Shown here one piece after another: positions 37,918-48,745 of a stretch of DNA of 64,000 nucleotides. How positions within the stretch are numbered: position 1 is the first letter of the stretch; every line of letters starts with the position of its first letter. The DNA is from a virus: positions 9,806 through 73,805 of IMG/VR virus record IMGVR_UViG_3300014501_000013; one strand, written 5' to 3'. The position numbers and the translations under genes were made by a program. The notes under the pieces were generated by a model that ran no database searches, was not told the origin of the DNA, and was given only the letters and a program-made list of their open reading frames with translations.

Positions 37918-40900
37918 ATGCGCTATTTTTTGCTGTTATTGCTTCCGTTTGGATTAGCCGCCCAATGGCTACCGACCGGGCTCCCCGGTGACCCATACCG
38001 CTCCGGCCCGCTTCCCTCCAGCATCACGACCGGCCAGTGCCTCTACAACAACAACGGCGTGTGGGGCGGCACGGGTTGCGCTGGGGGCTCCGGCGCCCCG
38101 ACGGTCGCTACCTACATCCTTCAGACCACGAACGCGACGCTGACTAATGCGCAGGTGCTGGCATCTCTCGGTACTGGGCCACTTTTCAATACGACTGGAA
38201 CTGGGGTTCTGGGGATAGCCACGATTTCTTCACCGATCACATTCACTGGCGGTGCTTTCGCCTGCCCTACGTGCGGAGTGACAGGCTCCCCACTCTCGCA
38301 ATTCGCATCCACGACCTCGGCCCAACTTCGAGGCGTGCTTAGCGATGAATCAGGAACTGGCGTGGCACTGTTTGCAAACGGCGCTCTCGGCACTCCGATC
38401 AGCGGAGTGATGACGAACGTCACGGGGCTGCCTCCGGCTGGTGTAACCGCTACGCAGGGTAACGGAACTAAGTTCCAGCTAAGCACGGGTACGACCACGC
38501 TCAACGATTGCGTAAAGTATGACGCGAACGGCAACACGGTAGACGCGGGCGCAGCTTGTGGATTGGGCGGCGGTACGGTCTATCCATCTGGAACGGGCAT
38601 TACGGTAGTAACGGGCGGAACTGCTTGGGGCACCACGCTAGCCGACCCGCTTACGGGGACTCACGGCGGAACTGGCGTCAACAACGGCGCGTTCACGATT
38701 ACTCTCGCTGGCAACCTCGTAACCACAGGCGCGTTCAATACGACATTTGCGCAGCAGGGTAGCACCACCATTACGACACCAACCACTTCCTCAACGATGG
38801 CGCGCGCCGATGCAGCTCAGACATTCACTGGCATCCAGACGTTTAGCACTCCGATTGCGCTCACGAGCCTTGCGGCTACCGTGGTCAATGCGACCACGCC
38901 TGGAGCTGGGATCGCCCACTTCGCTGGATCGACGCAGACCGTCACCAGTTCGGCGGTCAGCCTGACAGCGGATGTAAGTGGAATTCTTGCGGGGGCCAAT
39001 GGCGGCATGGGCGTGAACAACGGTTCTTTCACTGAAACGCTCGCGGGTAACGTCGTCTTTACCGGCGCTTTCAATCCAACCTTCGCAATCCCAGCCACTG
39101 GCACCTATACGCTTGCGGTCGGGACTGAATTGGTCAGCGGCGGCGCGCTCGGCACCCCAGCTAGCGGCGTTGCGACCAACCTTACCGGGACGGCAGCGGG
39201 CCTAACTGCTGGGGCCGCGACCAATATGGCAGGCGGTGCGGCTGGAGGCATCTCATACCAGACAGGCGCTGGAGCAAGCACATTCCTGGCATCTACCGGC
39301 TATAGCGTTCTCGTAACGGGAGCAACGAATCCGCAGTATGCAACCCCGACAGGTAATGGCCAGTGCTTTATGTCCGGCGCATCTTCCTACGCGACGACCA
39401 TTCCATCCTTCCAGACATGCCCGAGCGGAGGTATTACGGCGCTCACGGGCGATGTAACCGCTTCAGGTTCTGGATCGGTGGCGGCAACGCTCGCCACGAC
39501 TGCGGTTACTGCGGGTAGCTACACCAACACAAATCTAACCGTTGACGCAAAGGGCCGTATCACGGCGGCAGCTAATGGTTCAGCCTCTGGGAGTGCCTAC
39601 GCCACAATTGATGTCGGTGGAACGCCCTTGACGCAGAGAAATACGCTGAACTTTATTTCGGGAAGTGGCATAACTCAATCGTGCGTGGACAATTCAGGAG
39701 CCACGAGAACAGACTGCACGCCCTCGATCAATTCTACCTTTGTTCCAACCATCGCCAACCTGCTAGAAGGTAATAACGATGTCGGTTTCTCAACGACGGG
39801 GACGACCGGCTACGTGGCTGCTCCGACCGCTGGTTGTTCCACCTTCGCTCTTCAGACGGGAGCGCGGGGCTGGATCTCCGTTGATACTTCGTCAACCACC
39901 ACGGCATCTCTAAACTTCTGCGGCTCTGGCGTAAAAAACATCAAGCAAATCGATGGGGCCACCGATCCTGGCACGACGATCACCGCGAATCAGCCATTCC
40001 CGGTATTTTACAACGGGACGGTTTGGCTTGATCTTTTCTCTGGGATCAGTGGCGGCGGGTCGGGCGTCACCAGCGTCGGCCTCGTCGGAACCGCGAACCA
40101 ACTTACGGTTACTGGCACGTCACCTATCACCACTTCCGGCTCCTGGACAATCTCGGTCCCATCGACCTTCACATTTCCAGGCACGGTCACGAACAATCTC
40201 AGTATCTTCGGAGCAACGACATCAGCCCAACTTCGCGGCGTGTTGAGCGACGAGTCGGGAACTGGCGTGGCTCTATTCGCGAATGGCGCGCTCGGGACCC
40301 CTGTCAGCGGCGTGATGACAAACGTCACGGGATATCCTGGAGATTCGTCTCTTGTGACGGTAGGGACGGTGACCGCTGGTACGTGGCATGGCAGCGTGGT
40401 CACAGGGACCTATGGCGGCACGGGAGTCAACAACGGCGCGTTCACTGAAACGCTTTCCGGAAACGTTGTCTTTACAGGCGCATTTAATCCGACCATCGCG
40501 ATCCCTGCTACTGGCACTTACACGCTCGCGGTCGGTACGGAATTGATAAGCGGCGGCGCGCTCGGCACTCCGAGCAGTGGTCTTGCCACAAATCTCACGG
40601 GAACAGCGGCTGGCCTAATCGTTGGAGCTGCAAACAATATAATCGGGGGCGCGGCTGGTTCACTCCCTTACCAGACAGGCTCTGGAGCGACCACCTTTCT
40701 AGCATCGACTGGTTACAGCGTATTGGTGACGGGCGCGACCAATCCACAGTATGCAACTCCGACCGCGAACGCCCAATGCTTCATGTCGGGAGCGGCGAGC
40801 TATGCTACTACGATTCCGTCGTTCCAGACGTGCCCAGCGGGTGGCTCTTCGGCACTATCATCTATCACGGCGGCAACAGGGTCAAACACTATCTTGAACG

Positions 40901-42336
40901 GAAACAATCCGCAGATTTGGAAATGGGCCCAGACTAGCAACAATCAACAGGCCTTTATGATTGAGGAAAGCGCTGCGGCTACTGGAGGGACAGGCGTTCT
41001 ACAACAACTGGTATATATTCAAACAGTAACGGGCTCTACTGCGATTCCTCTTTATGTAGAGAACGTCCTGAACGGCTCCCAAACGCTTCCTGCCGTTATC
41101 ATCGGGCCACACTGGAACACCACTGGACTGGTGGACGCAGCGCTACTTGTCGATCCCGCCTACACGGCAGCAGCCACCGGCTCTCTGCTGATCGACGCTC
41201 AACTTAGCGGCACCTCCCAATGGAAGGTGGACATGGCCGGGAACTCGACGCAACTCGGCGGGGTCATCGCTACAACCGGAGCGTTCGGCGGCGTGACTAT
41301 CGGATCGAACGCGCTGGCGGTGACAGGCACGGCAAATATCTCTGGTGCAACGACTCTTGGCGTTCAAAATACGGTTGCTGGTAATTTACTCGTCTCGGGT
41401 TCCTCTAGCGCGGGAGGTTCTCTGACGATCTATGGCACCGGCGCATCTCCCGGCAGTTCTGTGCTCTCAGTCTCGACGGCGGGAACCACGTTGAATCTCG
41501 GCTCGACGAACGCGACGGTGACGACGGCGGGAGTCGCGGGGCTTGCCTCTCTCGCCCTCAATGGCTGCACCATTGGGGTGTCTAAACTGTGTGTCAGTGG
41601 AAATGCAACTTTCACTAGCATCCTTACAGGGCAAGTTGGGTTCAACGGTTCCTTATCGCACACAGCTTGGCTCACTGGCGGTTTACTCATCTACAACGCC
41701 GCCCAAACCCTTACCGATACCAGTTCGTCGGGAACCGTTGCGACAGCTTACAGCAATGTCTTTGGTGGTGATGTAATCGCGGCAAGTTCAGCCTCCGTGT
41801 ACACGAACTACTATGCGGGCTACTTCGCGGCCGAGACCGCTGGGACCAACGTCACCTTGACAAATTCCTGGGGTCTCGGCGCGGACTCGCTGCATGTCGG
41901 AACCTCGAATCCGTTCACGGTCGCCGCGAACGGGGCGATGTCGGGGAGCACGCTGGCACTTAGCGGCCTTCTAACTGGTGGCATCATCCACCAGTACGGC
42001 GCGGCATTCGGCACTCCAGGCGGCGCGGCCCTGACAACGGGTGGCATCCAGTACTTCAACATGCCGCAGTCCTGCACTGTTGGTGGCTACGAGATTACCG
42101 CTGACGCCGGAACTGCCACGGTCAAGTTCTGGAAGATCGCAGCGGGCACGGCCATTCCAACTGCGGCGAATGTCATCAACACTTCCGGGGTGGCACTCGC
42201 GAGCGGGACCCACATCAAGAGCACCACGGTTACCGATTTCACCACCACGACAGTTACGGCTGACGACATCGGGGCGGTCACACTCACCGCTGTATCTGGC
42301 GCTGGGTATGTACAGGCGGTATTGCTATGCCAATAG
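37918..42336 (+). CDS. Signal-peptide-bearing long tail-fibre-like protein
   Basis: MRYFLLLLLPFGLAA-Q; AGSYTNTNLTVDAKGRITAA fibre motif; duplicated modules; about 18 paired Cys; RBS AAGGAG. Confidence 0.8.
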   Translation: MRYFLLLLLPFGLAAQWLPTGLPGDPYRSGPLPSSITTGQCLYNNNGVWGGTGCAGGSGAPTVATYILQTTNATLTNAQVLASLGTGPLFNTTGTGVLGIATISSPITFTGGAFACPTCGVTGSPLSQFASTTSAQLRGVLSDESGTGVALFANGALGTPISGVMTNVTGLPPAGVTATQGNGTKFQLSTGTTTLNDCVKYDANGNTVDAGAACGLGGGTVYPSGTGITVVTGGTAWGTTLADPLTGTHGGTGVNNGAFTITLAGNLVTTGAFNTTFAQQGSTTITTPTTSSTMARADAAQTFTGIQTFSTPIALTSLAATVVNATTPGAGIAHFAGSTQTVTSSAVSLTADVSGILAGANGGMGVNNGSFTETLAGNVVFTGAFNPTFAIPATGTYTLAVGTELVSGGALGTPASGVATNLTGTAAGLTAGAATNMAGGAAGGISYQTGAGASTFLASTGYSVLVTGATNPQYATPTGNGQCFMSGASSYATTIPSFQTCPSGGITALTGDVTASGSGSVAATLATTAVTAGSYTNTNLTVDAKGRITAAANGSASGSAYATIDVGGTPLTQRNTLNFISGSGITQSCVDNSGATRTDCTPSINSTFVPTIANLLEGNNDVGFSTTGTTGYVAAPTAGCSTFALQTGARGWISVDTSSTTTASLNFCGSGVKNIKQIDGATDPGTTITANQPFPVFYNGTVWLDLFSGISGGGSGVTSVGLVGTANQLTVTGTSPITTSGSWTISVPSTFTFPGTVTNNLSIFGATTSAQLRGVLSDESGTGVALFANGALGTPVSGVMTNVTGYPGDSSLVTVGTVTAGTWHGSVVTGTYGGTGVNNGAFTETLSGNVVFTGAFNPTIAIPATGTYTLAVGTELISGGALGTPSSGLATNLTGTAAGLIVGAANNIIGGAAGSLPYQTGSGATTFLASTGYSVLVTGATNPQYATPTANAQCFMSGAASYATTIPSFQTCPAGGSSALSSITAATGSNTILNGNNPQIWKWAQTSNNQQAFMIEESAAATGGTGVLQQLVYIQTVTGSTAIPLYVENVLNGSQTLPAVIIGPHWNTTGLVDAALLVDPAYTAAATGSLLIDAQLSGTSQWKVDMAGNSTQLGGVIATTGAFGGVTIGSNALAVTGTANISGATTLGVQNTVAGNLLVSGSSSAGGSLTIYGTGASPGSSVLSVSTAGTTLNLGSTNATVTTAGVAGLASLALNGCTIGVSKLCVSGNATFTSILTGQVGFNGSLSHTAWLTGGLLIYNAAQTLTDTSSSGTVATAYSNVFGGDVIAASSASVYTNYYAGYFAAETAGTNVTLTNSWGLGADSLHVGTSNPFTVAANGAMSGSTLALSGLLTGGIIHQYGAAFGTPGGAALTTGGIQYFNMPQSCTVGGYEITADAGTATVKFWKIAAGTAIPTAANVINTSGVALASGTHIKSTTVTDFTTTTVTADDIGAVTLTAVSGAGYVQAVLLCQ
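38320..40842 (+). repeat. Two internal module duplications in the fibre gene
   Basis: About 38320-38427 vs 40225-40331 (SAQLRGVLSDESGTG...) and about 39001-39430 vs 40414-40842 (GVNNG.FT...SFQTCP). Confidence 0.85.
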
Positions 42337-42344
42337 GAGCCACC

Positions 42345-43793
42345 ATGCGAAAACTACTTATTGTCCTTCTCCTAAGTCTCCCGGCTTTCGCTGCCACGAA
42401 CAACGTTACCAGCGGCACCGTGTTCAAGCTTGACGCCTCGACCGGCGTGGATACTAACGGAGGCGGCTTCGACGCAACCGCTTCGTGCAGTGGCAGCGGC
42501 GGCTCTGACTTAACCCTGTCCGCCCCCGTCGCTACGACCCTGGCCACAAGCACAGGCAGCGCCTCGACCACAATCACCCAGGTCGGCGGCACATGGACGA
42601 GCTCGATGGTTTGCAATGTCATCCATATAAACAGCGGAACCAATTTTACTGTTGGGTTCTATACTATCGTGGCGTTCACTAATTCCAATAACCTCGTCCT
42701 GAATGTAAGCCCGTGCCCTACAACCGCCTGCACTACTGGAGTTACTGACGTCGGAGGCCCGCTGCTGACCATCGCCAAGGCCATCACCGCCGTAGCTGCT
42801 GGCAACACTGGCTATGTAAAGAGCAGCGCGACCTATTCGATCAACGCGAGCAATGCTTTTGCCACGAATGGCACGAGTGGACTTCCTGTTTCGTGGATCG
42901 GCTACACGAGTTCGCTTACGGATGGCGGTCATCCGACGATCCAGATCAGCAGCGGAACGGGCCTTACCATCTTTAACGCAACCGGAAAAAGCTTCCAACA
43001 ATTTAGACATTTCACCCTGGATTGCAACGGCAAGACCACGTCCACTGGCCTGGCGGCAGGCAACGCAGGAACCGTTTACGACGACATCAGTGTAACGGGC
43101 TGCACGGCGGTTGGAATAAACATATCGGCGTCACATGCGCAGGTGAGCAATAGTAGCGTGAGTGGCATGACCGCGTGCACGGCGAGTTCCGGAGCATTCA
43201 CAATCTCCCAGACGAATGTCTACCTTTTTAACAATCGCGCGACCGGCAATGCCTGCACTGGGTTCTGGGATTCGGCTGGGGGCGAGAATACTTACATCGG
43301 AAATGTTTCGGACAATAACACCGGAGCGTCTACAGACGGATTCTATAAATCTGGGGTGGCGGGGTTCACGATGCATGACAACGTGGCCTACCTGAACGGT
43401 CGGGACGAGTACCGTTTTGATAACGCAGCCGCGCTTGATTCATTCAGTTTCTATAACAACGTGGCGTGGGGCACGGGCGGAAAGTGCTTCAACTCAACCA
43501 CTACCAACTGGTCGGCAGATCCTGCGTTCGCGTGGGATTACAATGCGGACGGAGGGGGATGCACGGCTTACACGGGCATTCCGGCTGGGCTGCACGACGT
43601 TACTCTAACCGTCGATCCTTTCGTGGCTGGAGCGTCCAACAACTTTGCGCTGAACGCAACGACGGGAGGTGGGGCGCTTTTGCGAGCCGTTGGCTTCCCC
43701 GGAGTTAGGAACAGCGGTGGAACCGGGTACAAAGATATCGGCGCGCTGCAATCACAGGGTTCTTCACCGGTGTCGTATCCTATTTCGCAGTAG
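42345..43793 (+). CDS. Secreted right-handed beta-helix protein (depolymerase-like)
   Basis: MRKLLIVLLLSLPAFA-A; P.LTIAKAI..V.AGNT.YVK, beta-helix rungs, DPF...NF.L...DIGALQ end; 10 Cys. Confidence 0.75.
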   Translation: MRKLLIVLLLSLPAFAATNNVTSGTVFKLDASTGVDTNGGGFDATASCSGSGGSDLTLSAPVATTLATSTGSASTTITQVGGTWTSSMVCNVIHINSGTNFTVGFYTIVAFTNSNNLVLNVSPCPTTACTTGVTDVGGPLLTIAKAITAVAAGNTGYVKSSATYSINASNAFATNGTSGLPVSWIGYTSSLTDGGHPTIQISSGTGLTIFNATGKSFQQFRHFTLDCNGKTTSTGLAAGNAGTVYDDISVTGCTAVGINISASHAQVSNSSVSGMTACTASSGAFTISQTNVYLFNNRATGNACTGFWDSAGGENTYIGNVSDNNTGASTDGFYKSGVAGFTMHDNVAYLNGRDEYRFDNAAALDSFSFYNNVAWGTGGKCFNSTTTNWSADPAFAWDYNADGGGCTAYTGIPAGLHDVTLTVDPFVAGASNNFALNATTGGGALLRAVGFPGVRNSGGTGYKDIGALQSQGSSPVSYPISQ

Positions 43794-43986
43794 GCCGTAT
43801 GAAGATCTGCGACATGACCCCCATATACACCATGGCCAAGATGATGACGATGTTCTGGAGAGCGATGATGGGAGCAAGCAGGATACGTTTGAGCGAGGTA
43901 CCTTTATGACGTTCTGGAGGCCCGGCGGGCGCGTATGTCGCCTGGGAGTCGGTGTTGGAATATTCGGTAAAGGGGGACCATTCGGA

Positions 43987-46900
43987 TTGCATAGACTACC
44001 AGCATACGCCTTTCTCCTATTTGCGGCAATCGTGATAGTACCAGTACGCGCCGCCTGCACCGCCAGCGTGGTAACGCCAGCCGCCAGCGCCTCGATCAGC
44101 GGTCTCTCCTATGCCCTCACCGCCAGCCTCTCTACGTGCCCAACGGCCCTCTCGGTCGAGTGGATGATCGACGGCGAATCGCAAGGCGTCTTCTGGCAGG
44201 CTCCGTGGTCTATCTCCTCCTGGAACACCAACAATCGCTGGCGTGGCCCCGCTCACAACGCCTACGTGATCGTTCGCGATCCGACCGGAGCGACTATCGC
44301 CACATCGCCGACCAACACCTTCGCCATCACGAATGACTATCTCGAACCCGCTGCCTACATCAACCTCGTCTCCGTCACGCCATCGACCGCGATCTCGAGC
44401 AACTGGTCGGGCGTAGTCAACTTGGTCGCGACCTTCAACGGCACCAACGCCACCAATGCCAAGGCAATCACCGTTTACGTGGACGGGGACGTGCTTGGCT
44501 TCGAATCACTCAACGAATTATCCACGAGCGGTTCGACCGCGACCACGATGAACGCAGCCGTCAACACGACGCAGTATCTAAATGAGGGCCATGAAGTCTG
44601 CTTAGTCGTAAAAGATATCGCCTCCGGCCGTCCTGGTGTCACCAACGGCGGCTACCCGTTCGGCGAATGGTGTCAGCAGGTGACGTTCTCGAATACCTCG
44701 ACCATCCTGCTCAAGAACGCGACCACAAACGCGGACTACGTGTGTTGGGGCGGTGGCGCTTGCAACACGTTTTCGAGCCTCACTGCTCCAGCATCAGGTA
44801 CGGTCAACGTCACCACCGGCGATTTTCTGCTGGTCTGCGATGGCTACTTTCAGGGCGGCGCTACCACAATAACCGACACGCTGGGAAATAGTTGGACGGC
44901 GGTCAATACCGGAACGAAACAGGCAAACTGGAATCAATACTGTTTCTATTCGGCGAACGTAACGGGCGGCGCGGATGCCTTCACCGCGACCTTCGCAGGC
45001 GGCGGAGCGAAAAGCATGGCACTGCTGGTGCGCGAGTATTCAGGCGTGGCCACTAGTTCGCCAATCGACACCCAAATCACTTCGACAGGCACCTCCTGCG
45101 CGTCTCCCTGCGTTGTCACTTCCGGCACGTTCACTACCTCGAACGCAAACGATATGATCGCTTTGTATTACGTGTCCAATATAAATGGCCAAGTATTCCA
45201 GAACGGTCTGAACGCCAGCCTCGATAGCACCACGAGCGCCACTGGCGGAGGGACATCACAACTATTAACTGCAACAGTCAGCGGAGGTACAGCGACGATC
45301 GGGATTGCGAACGGTAGCAGCCTAACCTACGGCATGACCGTAGTCGCTCTCAATGCGGCATCCAACACACCTATTGCAACTCCCAGCCAGCTCACCCTCT
45401 CGCCCAAGGACTGGGTGATCTCGCCATCGTCGGGGACCATCCAACTTACACCCTCGATTGCGAATGCGGATACTACCTCGACGACGGTCACGAGCGCTAT
45501 GAACCCGGTCTACACGACCACGAATAGTTCGGTCTGCACTGTTTCCTCCAGCGGCCTCGTCACGGGTGTGGCGTATGGTTCTTGCGGCGTTACAATTACG
45601 CTCGGCAACGGATTGACGGAAACCATCTACGGCTGGGTTTCTTCCACCAACGTAATCCCCTGCCAGACGACGACTGGCCAAATCTCAACCACCAACACAG
45701 GTTGCCTGTGGGTAGCTAGCGTATTCAATTCCTCGGGCATCGCACTGTTTCATGATGCTCTGAAGACACCCACTCAAGTCGGAATCGCCTACCAGAACGC
45801 TGGTTGGAACACCGTCGAAGATTCTCCTGCGCCATCAACTGGCTGGACTGGAGTAAACGGCACCTGTGCGAGCTTCCAATCGACTCTCAATACATATATT
45901 TCAACCCTGACAACACTCTATGCTCCGTTCAAGTTCTACTTTCATGGAGTCGCCACATCGCTCATAACCGGCGTTTTTCCGAACCAGTTCTATGTCGGAG
46001 TGCGTGGCCTTGGCGCGACGTGTTCGCCCCAGAACTGGCAGTACCTAGCTCAGCAGTGGGTTGCTTCCGGAATCCTTCTATCACTGGAAGGACCGGATGA
46101 AGTGGACGCCGATTACTCCTATCCAGTCCCATCGCCCGTTATCAGTTCCAGTGGGCCGTTCACGGGTATCACCTGCACAGTTAGCGGGACTCCAGTATGT
46201 ACAGTAGCCTATGCCAACCCGCAATCTGCTACCAACCAGAACGGCCCTGGGCGAATTGGGATCTTCGGTGGGACAAGCACAGCAGGGCTCGCTATAAATA
46301 GCGCTATCGGAACACCAAATACCAACACTGGCCTCTACGTTCCATCAGGAGTCAGTGGTGGGTTCACATTCACTGGGCCATCCGGAGCGTCTGGCGCAAA
46401 TATCACGTGGGTCAGTGATCCATCCATCCGGATTGAGCCCTTCGCATTCAATTGGCAAACCGCTGTTCCTGGCGGCGGTGGAGACTATTCACACTATCAG
46501 GACTTCGCGACCATGTCCTCATTGGTTCACGCTGGAGGATCTATTATCAGTTCGGCTCCCAGAGCTATCGCCAGTTCTATTTCCCAGTGCGGCTGGGGTG
46601 GCGCTTGCTCCTATGCCGCCGGATCACCTGCGTTCTCCGACTACGCCATCATCTACAACTCGCCGGGCTCAAACGGCACAGCGCAATATGTCGCCCTGCC
46701 TGACATCCGAATCTCCAGGACCCCCAACCTCAACGTCTTCCAGCAGAACCGCAAGTTCATAAACGGCGCCGGATCGCTTCGCGCCTTCCTTGGACAGACG
46801 CAATTCATTCAGACGAACTGGGGAATGAACGGGCAAATCATCACTGGCGTGTCGTGCTCCGGTTCCCTCTGCACGTTCCCTTCTCCCATCTGCGGGGCCG

Positions 46901-48291
46901 GTACAGCAAACAGCCTATGTAACGTAGTCCCTTATGTGTCGCGCGTCATCGGTTCTAGTTCATCGAACTCGTACTACAACGCGAATTTCTATATCGATAA
47001 CTGTCCGACCGCGACGACATGTAACATCTCGCTGCAATATCCATCAACGGCGGGACTTGTTCAAGGATCTGGAGGCACGTTAACGTTCGCCAACGGCGTC
47101 ACGATGGGGCCAACCAATCCATTCCCCTGCATCATCGTCAACGGGTTCTCTCCAAATAACACATTCAATCTACGCAGTTCAACTGTAGGCACGGGCGGCA
47201 GTTGCAGCGGCACCACGAGCGTACCGGCTGCCGTCACCCACAGCGCTGGGCTCACGTTCACGATCTCTGGCATGACCGGATCGAGTGCTAGTTATTACAA
47301 CTCCACCACCTTTATCCTGAGCCAGTTTCCGAGTCCCTACATCACCGAATCCGACACGCCGCGCGAAGTCCCTCCATCGAGCCAGTCCACCAGCAGCGTG
47401 ACCTTCACCCTCAACGCCGATGACGGTTGGGTACGCGGGCAGGGACAATCATTCTATGGTGAGATCGTCCAAGGCCCGCGAGTGCCGTTCGCCTTTGTAG
47501 CGGCGCAAGCGATCACGGCAGCCACCGGGGTTAGGGCGTACACCAGCGGTGAGAACTTCAACGTCGATCAGACTTTCTCTCGTAGCTTCGGCACCTTCCC
47601 TTGTCTAAATGGCGGCGACTGCCTCCAGGGCGGCGCGACTCAGTTCTACGACCAAGGTGCGGATTTGATTCGGTTCTTCAATTCTCCGACCAACGCTAAC
47701 CTGTTACTGGAAAGCTTGGCCATAACCGGGTATCTCTACGGCACGCATGGGAACGCCCCGGACCTTGGGTTCAACATCGAATCTAGCGTTCGGCAAAGCA
47801 GCGTGGGGAACCTGCTCCTGGTCGGAAATTTCAATGATGGGCCGGTCACCCCGGCGATTCCCATTTCTGCCTGCATCGTCAGTGGCCAGTCGGCTATCCG
47901 CTACACCGCCTCGGCGCTTGGCGGAATCGCAACTGCGTCAATCTCTTCTGGAACCACCTCTAACTCCCCGACCATTCCCGCGGGCGGCATGGTGATCTAC
48001 AAGTGCCCTAACGTAAGCGCCGGCGTACTTCAGCAACCAACCATCGCCGCGCTTCTGACAGATGTCGCCAATGCCACCTCCGTCGCCGTCGAGTACGCCT
48101 ATTCTCCGTGGTTCCTCTCGGGGCTTCCACAAGCTGGTGTCCCACTCGCGGTGAGCAGTTCGACGCCTGCGACCGGATTCCTATTGCCAGTCGATCTGAA
48201 GCTGGGGCCGGTTAGCTATCGGTTGGTGTACTCAGGGGCGTCTGGAGTATTAGCGACGGGCGATATCCAGACGATCGGAGGAGTGCAATGA
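43987..48291 (+). CDS. Large secreted Ig-domain / glycoside-hydrolase-like protein
   Basis: TTG start MHRLPAYAFLLFAAIVIVPVRA; Big-type domains (VE..IDG....APW...WNT; V.TVSSSGLVTGV..G); AGWNTV and G.DE motifs; Cys-rich. Confidence 0.7.
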   Translation: MHRLPAYAFLLFAAIVIVPVRAACTASVVTPAASASISGLSYALTASLSTCPTALSVEWMIDGESQGVFWQAPWSISSWNTNNRWRGPAHNAYVIVRDPTGATIATSPTNTFAITNDYLEPAAYINLVSVTPSTAISSNWSGVVNLVATFNGTNATNAKAITVYVDGDVLGFESLNELSTSGSTATTMNAAVNTTQYLNEGHEVCLVVKDIASGRPGVTNGGYPFGEWCQQVTFSNTSTILLKNATTNADYVCWGGGACNTFSSLTAPASGTVNVTTGDFLLVCDGYFQGGATTITDTLGNSWTAVNTGTKQANWNQYCFYSANVTGGADAFTATFAGGGAKSMALLVREYSGVATSSPIDTQITSTGTSCASPCVVTSGTFTTSNANDMIALYYVSNINGQVFQNGLNASLDSTTSATGGGTSQLLTATVSGGTATIGIANGSSLTYGMTVVALNAASNTPIATPSQLTLSPKDWVISPSSGTIQLTPSIANADTTSTTVTSAMNPVYTTTNSSVCTVSSSGLVTGVAYGSCGVTITLGNGLTETIYGWVSSTNVIPCQTTTGQISTTNTGCLWVASVFNSSGIALFHDALKTPTQVGIAYQNAGWNTVEDSPAPSTGWTGVNGTCASFQSTLNTYISTLTTLYAPFKFYFHGVATSLITGVFPNQFYVGVRGLGATCSPQNWQYLAQQWVASGILLSLEGPDEVDADYSYPVPSPVISSSGPFTGITCTVSGTPVCTVAYANPQSATNQNGPGRIGIFGGTSTAGLAINSAIGTPNTNTGLYVPSGVSGGFTFTGPSGASGANITWVSDPSIRIEPFAFNWQTAVPGGGGDYSHYQDFATMSSLVHAGGSIISSAPRAIASSISQCGWGGACSYAAGSPAFSDYAIIYNSPGSNGTAQYVALPDIRISRTPNLNVFQQNRKFINGAGSLRAFLGQTQFIQTNWGMNGQIITGVSCSGSLCTFPSPICGAGTANSLCNVVPYVSRVIGSSSSNSYYNANFYIDNCPTATTCNISLQYPSTAGLVQGSGGTLTFANGVTMGPTNPFPCIIVNGFSPNNTFNLRSSTVGTGGSCSGTTSVPAAVTHSAGLTFTISGMTGSSASYYNSTTFILSQFPSPYITESDTPREVPPSSQSTSSVTFTLNADDGWVRGQGQSFYGEIVQGPRVPFAFVAAQAITAATGVRAYTSGENFNVDQTFSRSFGTFPCLNGGDCLQGGATQFYDQGADLIRFFNSPTNANLLLESLAITGYLYGTHGNAPDLGFNIESSVRQSSVGNLLLVGNFNDGPVTPAIPISACIVSGQSAIRYTASALGGIATASISSGTTSNSPTIPAGGMVIYKCPNVSAGVLQQPTIAALLTDVANATSVAVEYAYSPWFLSGLPQAGVPLAVSSSTPATGFLLPVDLKLGPVSYRLVYSGASGVLATGDIQTIGGVQ

Positions 48292-48349
48292 ACAACAATT
48301 GGAATGATGGCAGTGTTGTAGGGGAAGTACTATGGAATGGAGAACTAAC

Positions 48350-48745
48350 ATGAAACACCTTTTGATTCTCGCTGTTCTTTCGGCCAGCCTGATGGCCGCA
48401 CAATCCAGAACCGTAAATGTAAGCTGGACGCCTTCCACGTCAACCGGAATAACCGGCGTGGCGATCTCGACCGGCACATCGGCTACTGGCCCTTTCACTT
48501 TCAAAGCTTGCGTGGGGGCCGTGAGCGGCCAGACTTGCATATCCGGCTCGACGCCTACCACTACGACTTACGCCGACACCGAAGCGGTTGGAACCACAGT
48601 GTTCTACCAGGTTGTTGCGTTTGCGGCGGCATGCACACCTACAACTCCGGCGACGACCGCCTGTGGTTCTAGCGTGGCGGCGGTTGCGAGCACGACCGTG
48701 CCCTCGCAGCCTGGGATATCGACCGTGATACTCGTTGTGCCGTGA
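48350..48745 (+). CDS. Secreted FN3-like protein
   Basis: MKHLLILAVLSASLMAA-Q; VSWTPS...TTYADT...FYQV.A; 4 Cys. Confidence 0.7.
   Translation: MKHLLILAVLSASLMAAQSRTVNVSWTPSTSTGITGVAISTGTSATGPFTFKACVGAVSGQTCISGSTPTTTTYADTEAVGTTVFYQVVAFAAACTPTTPATTACGSSVAAVASTTVPSQPGISTVILVVP

Noticed and set aside
38320-40842. DGR template/variable repeat pair
   Set aside because: Differences are mostly synonymous, not adenine-specific; both copies are within one ORF; no reverse transcriptase in the window
43669-43986. N-terminal extension of the 1540-aa ORF
   Set aside because: Non-protein-like and overlaps the previous gene; the signal peptide begins at TTG 43987
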